The position numbers and the translations under genes are program-made. A stretch of DNA of 64,000 bases. It comes from an uncultured Chloroflexia bacterium (GTDB taxonomy: Bacteria > Chloroflexota > Limnocylindria > Limnocylindrales > CSP1-4). This document shows positions 35,530 through 46,894 of the stretch, piece after piece. The first letter of the stretch is position 1. Each line of letters begins with the position of its first letter. Under the pieces are notes generated by a model that worked only from the letters and a program-made list of their open reading frames with translations, was not told where the DNA came from and made no database searches. The stretch lies in the NCBI GenBank assembly GCA_963738475.1, contig CAVTWU010000017.1:141064-205063 (forward strand). The letters run 5' to 3'.

Positions 35530-37570
35530 CGAGCTCGGCCTGCGAGCGACGTCGGCGTCCGTGACCGGCAGCCGGCAGACGAAGTCGCGACAGACGTAGG
35601 CGGTCGGGGCGCCGCCGACGGCCACGCGATCGGCGAGGAGCGGGATGGCCGATGCCGCGGGATCTGGCGAGACGGCCAGCACCTGGTTCGGCCGGAACCC
35701 GGCGGTCGCCACGGCGACGAGCGCCCGGGTCCCCTCGTCCTCCGGCGCCCCGACGATGGCGATCTCGACGACGGGTGCGAGCGCGAAGTCCATCGCCGAC
35801 AGCCACTGGGCGAACCCGGTCGGATAGCGAGCCACGAACGGGATGACCGTCCGCATCGCCCGTTCCGCCGCGTCGCGATACCGGCCCTCCCCCGTCAGGG
35901 CGGCCAGGCGCAGCAGGACCGTCGTGGCCATCGCGTTCCCGGACGGGACGGCGTTGTCCTGGACGTCCTTGGGCCGGGTGACGAGCCGCTCGTGGTCGTC
36001 CGCCGTGTCGAAGAAGCCACCGGCCGGGTCGGCGAACCGGGCCAGGATCCGCTCGGCGAGCGCCACGGCCGTCGTGAACCAGCGCTCGTCGAAGGTGGCC
36101 TCGTACAGCGCGAGCAGGCCGTCCGCGAGGTCCGCGTAGTCCTCGAGGACGCCGTTGCCGCTCGCCCGGCCGTCCTTCCACGACCGACCGAGGACCCCGT
36201 CCGAACCCAGCAGACCGCCGACGATCGTCTCCGCCGCCCGAGCCGCCGCCGCCACGTAGCGCGGCTCGCCGAAGGCCCGCCCGGCGTCGGCGAGGGCCGC
36301 GATCGCCAGCCCGTTCCAGGCCGCGAGCGCCTTGTCGTCGCGGGCCGGCTGGGCCCGCTCGGTCCGACGAGCGAGCAGTCGAGCGCGCGCGTCGGCCAGT
36401 CGCTCGGCGACCTCGGACGTCGACAGTCCGTACATGTCGGCCAGCGCCACGTCGTCGCGGACGCGCGACAGGATCGTGACGCCCTCCCAGTTGCCGTCGT
36501 CGGTCACGCCGTAGGCCGTGGCGAACAGCGCGGCGCGTCCTCGCCGAGGACCTCGCGGATCTCGGTCGCGCGCCAGGTGAACGTGAGGCCCTCGACGTGC
36601 TCGGTGTCGGCGTCCTGGCTCGCCGCGAACGCGCCGTCGGTCGTCGTCAGCTCGCGGAGCATGTAGTCGAGCGTGCCGGTCGCGACCTCGCGGTAGCGCG
36701 CGTCCCCGGTCAGCGACCAGGCGTGCGTGTACACCCGCGCGAGCTGGGCGTTGTCGTAGAGCATCTGCTCGAAGTGCGGCACGAGCCAGCGGGCGTCCGT
36801 CGAGTAGCGATGGAACCCGCCGCCCAGCTGGTCGCGGACGCCGCCGTCGGCCATCGCGTCCAGCGACCGCGCGCGCGATCGCCAGCGTCCGCTCGTCGCC
36901 GGTCGCCACGTGCCGGCGGAGCAGGTACTCGATCGTCATCGGCTGCGGGAACTTGGGCGCCCGCCCCCAGCCGCCGTTCGCGGCATCGAACGAGGCGTCG
37001 ATCCCGGCCGTCGCCGCGTCGAGCAGGTCCGCCGTCGGGCCCGCGTCGTCCGGCGCCGCCTCCAGCTGCTGCTGCTTGACCAGCCCCGCGATCAGCCGCG
37101 ACCCGGCCTCCTCGACCTGGTCGCGCTGCTCCCGCCAGGCCCGATCCACGCCGTCGAGGACCTGGCGGAACGACGGCATCCCGTGGCGCGGCTCGTCCGG
37201 GAAGTACGTGCCGCCGTAGAACGGCCGACCGTCCGGGCGTCAGGAACACGCTCATCGGCCAGCCGCCGCTGCCGGTCATCGCCTGGACCGCCGCCATGTA
37301 GACCTGGTCGAGGTCCGGCCGCTCCTCGCGATCCACCTTGATCGACACGAACCGCGCGTTCAGCGCCTCGGCGGTGCGGACGTCCTCGAACGACTCGCGC
37401 TCCATGACGTGGCACCAGTGGCACGCCGCGTAGCCGATCGACAGGAAGATCGGCCGGTCCAGGAGCTTGGCCCGGGCCAGCGCATCGGGGCCCCACGGGA
37501 ACCAGTCGACCGGGTTGTTCGCGTGCTGGAGCAGGTACGGACTGGTCTCGTTCGCGAGGCGGTTGGGCAT
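35530..37570 (-). CDS. Thioredoxin-domain protein of the DUF255 / YyaL (N-acylglucosamine 2-epimerase-like) family
   Basis: [58 protein letters not shown], plus the C-terminal alpha/alpha-toroid region through ...[16 protein letters not shown]. Confidence 0.7.
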
Positions 37571-37625
37571 CCCCGGATGGTACGCGGCCACCCTCACCCG
37601 GGGCTGGACCGCGCTGGCGCCTTAC

Positions 37626-38638
37626 GCGGTCAGGCCGAGGATCCCGGCGAACTTGCGTCGATAGGCCGCCGGCGTCAGGCCGGTCCGGCGCTTGAACAGG
37701 CGGCGAAAGAACGTCGGGTCCACGTAGCCCGACCTCGAAGCCGACATCGTCGAGATCGTCGGCGCCCGCTTCGATGATCGCCTTCGCCCGTTCGATCCGG
37801 AGGCCGTGGACGTACTGCATCGGCAGGTACCCGGTCGCGGCGCGGAACCGCCGCGCGAACGTGCGCGGGGCCAGGCCGGACTGCTCGGCCATCGCCGCCA
37901 CCGGGTTGGGCGTCGCGACATGGTCGGCGATCCACGCCTGCGAGCGGGCCACCACAGCGTCCGTCGTCTGGATCCGCCGACCCATGGCCGCGAAGGGCAA
38001 CTGGCCATCCTCGTGACCGGACAGCAGGTAGACCTTGGCGGTCCGCAGCGCGTGCTCGGGTCCGCACAGCCGGGCGATCAGGTGCAGCGCGAGATCCTGC
38101 CACGCGGTGACGCCACCCGCGGTGATGACGCCGTCCGGCTCGCCGGACAGGTCCAGGATCGAGGCGTCGTCGAACTCGATGGTCGGGTAGTGGTCGCGGA
38201 AGAGGTCGACATAGGCCCAGTGGCCGGCGCAGCGCCGTCCCTCGAGCAGGCCGGCCTCCGCGAGCAGCACGCTGCCGGTGCAGACCGACGCGATGAGCGC
38301 CCCGTTCGCATGCATCCGCCGGAGCCAGTCGATCTCGACCGGGTAGCGCCCGTGCGGTGCGGTATCGATCGGGCGTGTACATGTCGCACACGATCACGGC
38401 GTCGAGCCGGTCGATGTCGCCGATGGCCGCGTGCGGTTCGACCAGGACGTTGCCGAAGCAGCGGAACGGCGTCGCCTCCGCCGCGACGATCTCGACGTCG
38501 AGGAGCGCATCGCCGGGCTCGCCCGTGGTCATGTCCGGGATAGACCGCCCCGACCGACAGGAGGATGTCGTACAGGCCGTACAGGATGGACGGTGAGGTC
38601 TCGGCCGCCGCCAGCAACGCGATCCGTGGTCTCGTCAT
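37626..38638 (-). CDS. GlxA-type AraC-family transcriptional regulator (DJ-1/PfpI domain with HTH_AraC)
   Basis: The N-terminus [35 protein letters not shown] is DJ-1-like. The C-terminus reads [42 protein letters not shown]...[27 protein letters not shown]. Confidence 0.7.
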
Positions 38639-38731
38639 GTCACATTCGCCCCGTTTTGCGGCAGTCCGACTCTGGGCGCAGCGTACGCCGTCGCCGACAC
38701 TGCGGTCGAACCGAACCGACAGGAGACCGCG

Positions 38732-40130
38732 ATGACCATCGAGGCTGCCGAGCACCGACTGCGCGAGACCGTCCAGGGCGAGGTCTTCGCGGCCGGCGAC
38801 GCCGGCTACGACGCCGCCCGCGCCGTCTGGAACGCCATGATCGACCGACGCCCGGCGGTCATCGTCCGAGCGGCGGGCGTCGACGACGTCGTCGCGGCCG
38901 TCGGACTGGCGCGCGAGCTCGGCCTGCCGGTCTCGGTCCGCGGCGGCGGGCACAACGTCGCGGGCCACGCCGTGGGCGACGGCAGCGTGATGGTCGACCT
39001 GTCGGGGATGCGCGGCGTCCAGGTGGATCCGGAGCGGCGACGGGCCCTCGTGGACGGCGGGGCGACCTGGGGCGACGTCGATCGCGCCACCCAGGCGCAC
39101 GGCCTCGCGACGCCGGGCGGGCTCATCTCGGACACGGGCGTCGGCGGGCTCACGTTGAGTGGCGGCATCGGCTGGCTCCGAAGCCGCTACGGGCTGGCCA
39201 TCGACAACCTCGTCTCGGCCGAGGTCGTGACCGCGGACGGACGCGTCGTGCGCGCCAGCGCGGACGAGCACCCGGACCTGCTCTGGGCGCTCAAGGGCGG
39301 CGGCGGCAACTTCGGCGTCGTCACGCAGTTCGAGTTCGCGCTCCACCCGGTCGGGCCCGAAGGTCATGTTCTGCGCGCCGCTGTACGACCTCGACGCGGG
39401 CAGCGGTCCGATCCGCTTCTGGCGCGACTTCCTCGCGGACAAGAACGACGACATCGGTTCGATCGTCGAGTTCTCGACCATCCCGGCCGACCCGGCGTAC
39501 CCGGAGGCCGCCTGGGGACGGCGCATCTACACGATCGCCGCGGTCTACGCCGGCGACGCGGACGAGGGCGAGGCGCTCCTCCAGCCGCTGCGCGAGCTCG
39601 GCGAGCCGGTCATCGACTTCTCCGGGCAGATGGACTACGCCGACGTCCAGCAGCTGTTCGACACGCTCATGCCGGCCGGGCAGTTCCGCTCGTACTGGAA
39701 GAGCCGCTACCTGAGCGGCCTGGGCGACGAGGCGATCGACGCGATGCTCGAAGGGAATGCGAGCCCGCCTTCGCCGAACACGCTGTCGTCGATCTGGAAC
39801 TTCGGCGGGCGCCACGGCGCGGGTCGGGGCGGCCGAGACGGCGTTCGGCGATCGGTCGATGCCGTACATGGTCTCGTTCGACTCGGTCTGGAGCGATGCC
39901 GACGACGATGCCGCCAACATCGCCTGGACGCGCGACCTGTGGGATCGCCTCGGAGCGTACGGCCAGCAGGACCGGATCTACCTGAACTTCGCCGGCCACG
40001 GCGAGGACAGCGACGCGCTGGTGCGTGGCGACGTTCGGCGACAACTTCGCCCGGCTCGCCTCGATCAAGGCGACCTACGACCCGGGCAACGTCTTCCGCT
40101 TCAACCAGAACATCACGCCGGCGGGCTGAG
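38732..40130 (+). CDS. FAD-linked oxidoreductase (berberine-bridge-enzyme-like / FAD_binding_4)
   Basis: [96 protein letters not shown], and C-terminus [15 protein letters not shown]. Confidence 0.75.
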
Positions 40131-40263
40131 GCTCGCTCGTGCGGCCGGCGCTGCGACGTCCCGGCGCTCGGGCGCACCGGAATCGGCCAGATAAGCGCCA
40201 GATAAGCGGCCATCGCTATGGTCCAGGTCCACCCCGCCGCGTACCCTCGATGGGTCCACGAAG

Positions 40264-42036
40264 GGGAGTGCCAGTGGTCGTGGGACACGCCGCGTTACGA
40301 CGAACACGTGTCGCGCTGATCGCCGGGGTCCTGGCGATCGGGTGGAGCGCCGGGGCCGGCCCATTCGGGTTGCGCGCGGTGGTGGCAAGTCCCGCGCCCA
40401 CGCGTCGTCATCGTGGTGGGTCCATCGGGCGCCGCCACGGACCGGTATCGCGCGCAGGGTCGCGAGGCGGCCGCCGTCGCCCGCCGGTTCACCAGCGACG
40501 TCACGGAGCTGTACTCCCCGAACGCCACGTGGCCGGCCGTCCGTGCCGCCCTCCAGGGCGCCAGCGTCGTCATCTACATGGGCCACGGCAACGGCTGGCC
40601 GAGCCCGCACCGCGACTCGCTGTTCCCGGCGACGCCAGAACGGGTTCGGGCTCAACCCGAGCGCCGGCGGCAACGACTCGGACCACCAGTACTTCGGCGA
40701 GGCCGCCGTCGGGTCGCAGATCCGCCTGGCCTCGAACGCGGTCGTCCTGCTCCACCACCTGTGCTACGCCAGCGGCCTCTCCGAGCCCGGGCGTCCCCGA
40801 AGGCTCGCTGGACATCGCCCGCCAGCGCGTCGACAACTTCGCGGCCGGGTTCATCCGGGCCGGCGCCTCGGCGGTCATCGCCGACGCGTACGCGAGTCCG
40901 ACGGCGTACCTCGCGGCGATCCTCGGTGGCCGACGGTCCATCGATTCGACCTGGCGCCAGCGCGCCGAACGCCAACGGGCACGCGTTCGCGTTCGATAGC
41001 GTCCGAAGCCCGGGCTTCATCGCCCAGATGGATCCCGAGACCGAGACGTCCGGGTTCACGCGCTCGATCGTCCTGCGCGCCGGCCTGACCCCGGCCGACG
41101 TCCGCGCCGGCGCCCAGGGCACGGGCGGACCCGTCGGTCCCGTGGGCCCCGTGGTGCCCAGTCTCGTGGCCAGCCGGGGTCCGGTTCGGTTCGCCGGCCT
41201 TCGCCACGCGGCCGACCGCGGGCGCCGCCGGACGCCTGACGTTGCCGCTCAAGATCGGCGATGCGGCCGCGCTCCCGGATGGCATCGGGGCCAGCCTCCG
41301 CTGGGAGGCGCTCGAGCTCGTGACGCCGCCCGCGGCCCCGCCGACGCCCGGGTCCTGCCCTGCCCCGGATGCGCCGGTCCCGGGGTTCCCCGGTGAGCAG
41401 GCACCGCCGCCCATCGAGCCACTGCCGCCCCCGGACGGCGCCGACCTGGTCGTCGCCGAGCAGCCTGGCGACGTCGTGGCGCCGGTGGCGACGACCGTAC
41501 GAAGCGGCGCGCTCGTCGTCCCGGTCCAGGCGCCCGTCGCGCCAGGTCGCTACCGGCTGACCGTGACCCTGCACGACGCCGATGGCGTGGCCTTCGATGC
41601 CGCGACCCAGGCGCTGCTGCCGACCCTGCTCGTTCGCGTGACCGCCGATGTCGACGGCGCGATCTTCGTCGCCCCGACCATGACGCTGACCGCCGGCCGT
41701 GCCGTCGACCTCCCGATCCGGGTCACCAACCTCGGCGCCGACGCCTGGGGCACGGAAGCCGTCCTGGACGTGACCGGCGGAACCGCCGGACGGCCGGCCA
41801 CGATGGCCCGGATCGTCGGCTGGTGGCTCCCGTCCGGCGAGGCCATCGCCGCGACCGACCTGCCGCCGGCGCTCGCGTCCGGGCGCGACCACGGACCTGT
41901 CGCTCGCCCTGCTCGTGCCGCGAACGCCGGGCGTCCACACCCTCGTACTGGACCTCGTGACGCCGGACGGCGTGTCGCTGATGGCGGCCGGGATCGGCCC
42001 GACGCTCGTCCGCATCACGGTGGTCGCCCCGCGCTG
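40264..42036 (+). CDS. Secreted caspase-fold (clan CD-like) cysteine peptidase candidate with C-terminal Ig-like repeats; frameshifted
   Basis: A signal-like N-terminus is followed by VVIYMGHGNGW, then about 45 aa later NAVVLLHHLCYASG, a His-Gly ... Cys spacing like caspase, C11 or C25 enzymes. The C-terminal repeats read YRLTVTLHDADGVAFDAATQALLPTLLVRV and HTLVLDLVTPDGVSLMAAGIGPTLVRITVV. Confidence 0.45.
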
Positions 42037-42797
42037 AGGGCACGGGACGAACACCTAGGACCGCGAGCCGTCCTGGCCTCCTTCGCAGCGACGCCAGGTA
42101 GGCCGACGCGCCCTTGTAGTCGGGCCACGTCACGTCGTGCTCGTACGCTGACCGGCGCCTCCGACAGTCGATGGCCTGGACCGAAGCCTTCGATCGCGAT
42201 CGCACGCGGACCAGCGGCCCGCGCCAGGTCCCGGTCGAGCGTGGCGAGATCACATGCCAGGGTCTCGGCAAGCACGAGGTATTGGGCGTCGTACGCCGTG
42301 ATCCGGAAGCGCTCCACGGCACCGATCGCCAGGAGGAGTTGGCCGCGATCGAGATCGCGCGTCTCGATCCGAAACGTCTCCAGCGTGTGGACGGCCTCAA
42401 GCGTCTGTTCACCGGTCTGCCGATGCCGGAGCAACAAGGTGTTGGCGACTTCCCACCAGAATGGTCGCGGAACGACCAGCCGCGCTCCCTCGATCGACCA
42501 GTCCCTGAACCGATCGATGATCGCCGGCGTCTGCTCTTCGAGGCGAAGCCGTGCGATCGCCAACGACGCATCCAGCACGATGAGCGGCGCCCTACGCATC
42601 GTCGTCGTCCTCGTCGCGCAGGTCATCACGATGGTGAGGACGTTCGCGACTTCGAGCCAGAAGTGCGCCGGGACGACGTTCCGTCCGCCTGCACGGACGT
42701 GGTCCTGCAACAGACCCGCCGCGACTGGCCCGTTCGGCTCGCCGAGGGCGATCGCGATCGCGATCGAGGCATCGATGACCATGGGTCGTCGCGCCAT
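42015..42797 (-). CDS. vapC: PIN-domain toxin (VapC-like), copy A, with an internally duplicated N-terminal segment
   Basis: MVIDASIAIAIALGEP...NVVPAHFWLEVANVL is followed by a second LIVLDASLAIARLRLEE...LVVPRPFWWEVANTLLL, then ITAYDAQYLVLAETLACDLATLDRDLARAAG. Confidence 0.55.
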   Translation of the reverse strand: MARRPMVIDASIAIAIALGEPNGPVAAGLLQDHVRAGGRNVVPAHFWLEVANVLTIVMTCATRTTTMRRAPLIVLDASLAIARLRLEEQTPAIIDRFRDWSIEGARLVVPRPFWWEVANTLLLRHRQTGEQTLEAVHTLETFRIETRDLDRGQLLLAIGAVERFRITAYDAQYLVLAETLACDLATLDRDLARAAGPRAIAIEGFGPGHRLSEAPVSVRARRDVARLQGRVGLPGVAAKEARTARGPRCSSRALSAGRPP

Positions 42798-42809
42798 CAG
42801 TCGTCGCTC

Positions 42810-43136
42810 AGGCCAGTCCGGGCGGCTCGCGAGATCCGCTCGTCCCGCTCCTCGTGGTCACCCGGATCCACTCCGTCGATGGTCACCTGTCGCCCGGCTC
42901 GGCGGATACTTCGATCGCCATCTCGACTGCCGAAGTCATCGATTCGATCCAGGGCGGCAAGCCGCCGCGACTTGAAGCGCCTCGCGGTCGGACTCCAGGC
43001 TATCGCCCTCTTCGACCGAGACGAGGTACGCCAGGGGCCGGTGGTCGCGCTCGATGAGGATCCGCTCGCCGGCCGAGGCCGCGTCGAGGATCTCGCCGAG
43101 GCGCTTGCGCATGTCCATCGCCGTCACGGTTCTCAT
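42810..43136 (-). CDS. Phd/YefM-type antitoxin, copy A
   Basis: MRTVTAMDMRKRLGEILDAASAGERILIERDHRPLAYLVSVEEGDSL is paralogous to the antitoxin at 44305-44616. Confidence 0.55.
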
Positions 43137-43183
43137 GGTCGATCATGATAATCGCCTATCACGACCGGTCAAGAGGTACCCTT

Positions 43184-43770
43184 CGCCCATGGTCGAGTCC
43201 AACGCGGTCCCCGGGTTCCTGCCGAGCACGCACGGGCTGCGCTTCGCCAACCGATTCACGCCCGGGCCGACGCTCACGTTCGGGCCGATCGATCCGCGCT
43301 GGGTCGGGCATCGGCGATGCGTCGGCCGGGCTGTGCGGCGGCATGAGCTGGCTCGTGCGCGAGCGGTTCGAGGCCGGCCTCCCCGTCCCGGCGGACACGC
43401 TTCCGCCGGCCCATGGCACGCCCCTGTTCCGTGGCCTCGTCCGCCGCCAGGTGCTGTCGCTCGACTGGCTCCGGACGCCGATCCGGTTCTGGTGGATGGG
43501 CGCCATCGGCCAGGCCAGCGCCGCGGAACGGGTCCACGCCGTCGAGTGGCCGCGGATCCGCGCCGACATCGATGCCGGCCGGCTCGCGATGGTCGGCCTC
43601 GTCCGGCACCAGGGCGCCAGCCCGTGGCGGCTGACCCAGAGCCACCAGGTCCTCGCCTACGCCTACGAGATCGACGAGCGACGGCCGGCCCGTCACGATC
43701 CGCATCTACGACCCGAACCTGCCGGGCCGCGACGACGTGGTCGTCACCGAGGCGCGCTACCTCCGCCTGC
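43184..43770 (+). CDS. Hypothetical protein, possible papain-like Cys/His hydrolase fold, sandwiched between duplicated TA modules
   Basis: MVESNAVPGFLPSTHGLRFANRF...IGDASAGLCGGMSWLVRERFEAG...LTQSHQVLAYAYEID. The Cys lies at a helix N-terminus with a downstream His. Confidence 0.35.
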
Positions 43771-44347
43771 CGTAGCGGTCCGGCCCCGCCGCGGTCTCCG
43801 CCCGGAGCCGCGCAAGATACGCGGAGGCGCGCTTGTAGTTGGGCCACGTCACCTCGTGTTCGTAGGCACCGGCGCGTCGTGCAGCCGCCGACCCTGACCG
43901 AAGATGATCGCCCGCGAGCCCGCCGCCGTGGCCAGCGTCAGGTCCAGCGTCGCGAGCTGGCCGTCGACCGTCTCGGCCAGGGCGAGGTACATCGCGTCGT
44001 ACGGGGTCAGGCCGTGCCGCTCGACGCGATCGATGACCTGGATGAGCATCGGGCGGGACGAGTCCACGGTCTGGATACCGAATGAGTCGAGCCGATGCAC
44101 GGTGGCAAGCATCCGTTCGCCGTTCGTCCCGGGCACGCGGCGGATCCGGTTGATGACCTCCAGCCAGAAGTGGGCCGGGACAAGCAGGGCCCGTCGTCGA
44201 TCGAGCCACTGCATCGAGCGCGCCGGCGATCTCCGGGGCTTCGGGCTCATCCAGGATCCGGGCAAGCGCGACCGACGCGTCGATGACGATCGGTGGGCCG
44301 GCCGTCACTTGTCGTCGTCCCGATGGTCGCGGTCGTACCGGACCCAC
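43757..44347 (-). CDS. vapC: PIN-domain toxin (VapC-like), copy B
   Basis: PPIVIDASVALARILDEPEAP, ALLVPAHFWLEVINRI and GLTPYDAMYLALAETVDGQLATLDLTLATAAGSRAI. The C-terminal region shares a YEHEVTWPNYKRASAYLARLR block with copy A. Confidence 0.55.
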   Translation of the reverse strand: MGPVRPRPSGRRQVTAGPPIVIDASVALARILDEPEAPEIAGALDAVARSTTGPACPGPLLAGGHQPDPPRARDERRTDACHRASARLIRYPDRGLVPPDAHPGHRSRRAARPDPVRRDVPRPGRDGRRPARDAGPDAGHGGGLAGDHLRSGSAAARRAGAYEHEVTWPNYKRASAYLARLRAETAAGPDRYGRRR

Positions 44348-44616
44348 TCGGCGGCGCCCATCTCACCCGCGTTGCCGCCCCGTTCGCGATACCACTCCTT
44401 CGGCAAACCTGGTGAGTTCCTCGAGTCGCCGGCGCGACGACGGGCGATCTCCTCTTCCCGGTCCTTGCCACTCGTCACGCGAACCCCGTCCTCGTATGAC
44501 ACGACGAAGGCCAGGGGCTTGTGGTCGCGCTCGATCAGGATCGATTCGCCCGCCGAGGCGGCATCCAGGATCTCGCCGAGCTTCTGTCGCAGTTCGGTCG
44601 CCGTGATCGTCCTCAT
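44305..44616 (-). CDS. Phd/YefM-type antitoxin, copy B
   Basis: MRTITATELRQKLGEILDAASAGESILIERDHKPLAFVVSYEDGVRV. The ORF is intact at 103 aa and overlaps the vapC start. Confidence 0.65.
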   Translation of the reverse strand: MRTITATELRQKLGEILDAASAGESILIERDHKPLAFVVSYEDGVRVTSGKDREEEIARRRAGDSRNSPGLPKEWYRERGGNAGEMGAAEWVRYDRDHRDDDK

Positions 44617-44727
44617 GGTCGACCATCATAGTCAGCCAGCATGGTTGGTCAAGGCGGACGCATCAGCATTCGCGTCATGATCTAGACATCAGCCAGCATC
44701 GCTCGATGCCGACGATACTTCCTCGCT

Positions 44728-45168
44728 ATGAGACGGATAGCTGATACCAGCTGACCGAACAGCTCGCCTCCGAGGTCGGCCAGGCCGCCGAGATGCTCGG
44801 CGTCACGGTCGAGACCCTCCGCCGCTGGGAGACCGCCGGGATCCTGCGCATGGAGCGATCCGACGGCGGCCAGCGACTCGTCTCGATGGCGGAGGTCTCG
44901 CGGCTCCTCGACGAGCGCCGCCGCACGACCACGGACCGTCCGATCGTCGCGTCGTCCGCGCGCAATCGGTTCGTCGGGATCGTCACCCGGGTCGAGCGCG
45001 ACGGGGTCGCCGCGGTCGTCGAGGTCATCGCCGGTCCGCATCGACTCGTCAGCCTGATGACCGCCGAGGCCGTGCTGGACCTGGACCTGAAGGTCGGCGA
45101 CGAGGCGGTCTGCGTCATCAAGGCGACGAACGTCATGGTCGAGATCCCGTCGACCAAGGAGTCGCGCA
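44728..45168 (+). CDS. MerR-type HTH regulator with a molybdate-binding MOP/TOBE domain (ModE-like)
   Basis: The HTH reads EMLGVTVETLRRWETAGIL. The MOP domain reads SARNRFVGIVTRVERDGVAAVVEVIAGPHRLVSLMTAEAVLDLDLKVGDEAVCVIKATNVMVE. Confidence 0.55.
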
Positions 45169-46020
45169 GGATGATGCGCCGTCGTCGATCCTGGTCGTCG
45201 ACGGTCGTCGTCGCGTGCCTGCCTGCTGGCCGGTTGCACGCAGCGGCGTCGGCGCCGCCGCCCGGCCTCGACTCGCGCCGACCGCGGCACCGCCTCCCCC
45301 ACCCCGACGCCCGTCGAGCTCACGATCTTCGCCGCCGCGTCGCTCAAGGGCGCCCTCGAAGCCGCGCAGGACGCCTACGAGACCGCCAACCCGGGCACGA
45401 CCCTGACGATCTCGACCGACTCGTCCGCCGCGCTCAAGACCCAGATCGAGCAGGGCGCCCCGGCCGACCTCTTCCTGTCCGCCGACACGAAGAACCCGCA
45501 GGCGCTCGTCGACGCCGGGCTGACCGACGGAGCCGCCGTCGACTTCGCCGGCAACAAGCTCGTCGTCATCGTCCCGACCGACGACCCGGCGGGCATCACG
45601 ACGCCAGCCGACCTGGCCACCCCCGGCGTGAAGATCATCGCGGCCGGCGACGAGGTGCCGATCACCAAGTACGCGAACCAGCTCGTCGACAACCTGGCCA
45701 AGGAGCCGGGCTACCCGGCCGACTTCGTCGCGGCCTACCAGGCGAACATCGTGTCGAAGGAAGACAACGTCAAGGCCGTCGTCGCCAAGCTGGAGCTGGG
45801 CGAGGGCGACGCCGCGATCGTGTATGTCACCGATGCCAAGATCTCGACGAAGGTGGCCTCGGTGGAGGTTCCCGACGCGGCCAACGTCGTCGCGACGTAC
45901 GCCGGTGTCGTCGTCAAGGCGACCGAGAGCCCCGACGCCGCCGCCGCCTTCCTGACCTGGCTGGCCGGCCCCGACGGACAGGCGATCCTCAGCGGGTTCG
46001 GGTTCCTGCCCCCGTCGTGA
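45169..46020 (+). CDS. modA: Molybdate ABC transporter substrate-binding lipoprotein
   Basis: A lipobox LLAGC, then ELTIFAAASLKGALEAAQDAYE, LFLSAD, KLVVIVP and AIVYVTDAK. Confidence 0.75.
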
Positions 46021-46890
46021 CCGTCGCCACCGCGCGCGCCGGGAGCCGCCGCCGCTCCAGCTGGGGTGACCGCTCGCTCACGACGGTCGCGATCCTGTTC
46101 GCCCTGTTCCTGGGGCTGCCCGTGCTCACGCTGGTGGGACGGGCGGTCCTGGACGGCTCGCTCGCGATCGCGGCCGGTTCGCCGGAGGTGCTCGACGCGC
46201 TCTGGCTGAGCCTCGTCACGACATCGATCAGCCTGGTCATCACCGTGGTGCTCGGGCCTGCCGCTGGCGATCGTCCTGGCCCGCCGCGAGTTCCGCGGCA
46301 AGGGCTGGCTCGAGACCGTGGTGGACCTGCCGATCGTGCTGCCGCCGTCGGTCGCCGGGCTCGCGCTGCTGCTCGTCTTCGGGCGGCGCGGGCTGCTCAA
46401 CGCGCCGTTCGAGTTCCTGGGCATCTCCGTCGCGTTCACGACGATCGCCGTGATCCTCGCCCAGGTCTTCGTGTCGGCGCCGTTCTTCATCCGGTCCGCG
46501 CGGACCGGGATCGCCGGCGTGGATCGCGACATCGAGGATGCGGCCCGGGTCGACGGCGCGTCCGAGCGGGCACTCTTTCGGATCGGTCACGGTGCCGCTC
46601 GCGGGTGCCGCGCTGGCGGCCGGCCTGGTCATGACCTGGGCGCGGTCACTCGGCGAATTCGGCGCCACGATCATGTTCGCGGGCAACGTCGAGGGCAAGA
46701 CCCAGACGCTGCCGCTCGTCGTCTACAGCGAGTTCCAGGGCGGCAACCTGGACGCGTCGGTGGCCGCCGCGGCGATCCTGGTCCTCGCCGCGTTCGGCGT
46801 CCTCATCGCGGTCCGTGTGTTCCACTGGGGCCGGCGTGCTGGATGTTCGAGGCATCAGCTAGGGCCAGGGTCGAGTGGCTATCCTGGCTG
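46017..46890 (+). CDS. modB: Molybdate ABC transporter permease
   Basis: DLPIVLPPSVAGLALLLVFGRRGLL and EAARVDGAS...ALAAGLVMTWARSLGEFGATIMFAGNV carry the EAA loop. There is no in-frame stop before the next gene. Confidence 0.7.
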
Positions 46891-46894
46891 CATG

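Noticed and set aside
46538-46894. The first 118 aa of the 1162-aa ORF as part of the helicase protein
   Set aside because: That segment is the ModB permease C-terminus (EAA loop and last TM helices). The helicase gene proper starts at the ATG at 46895, where the GC content drops. The fusion is a read-through caused by a missing modB stop.
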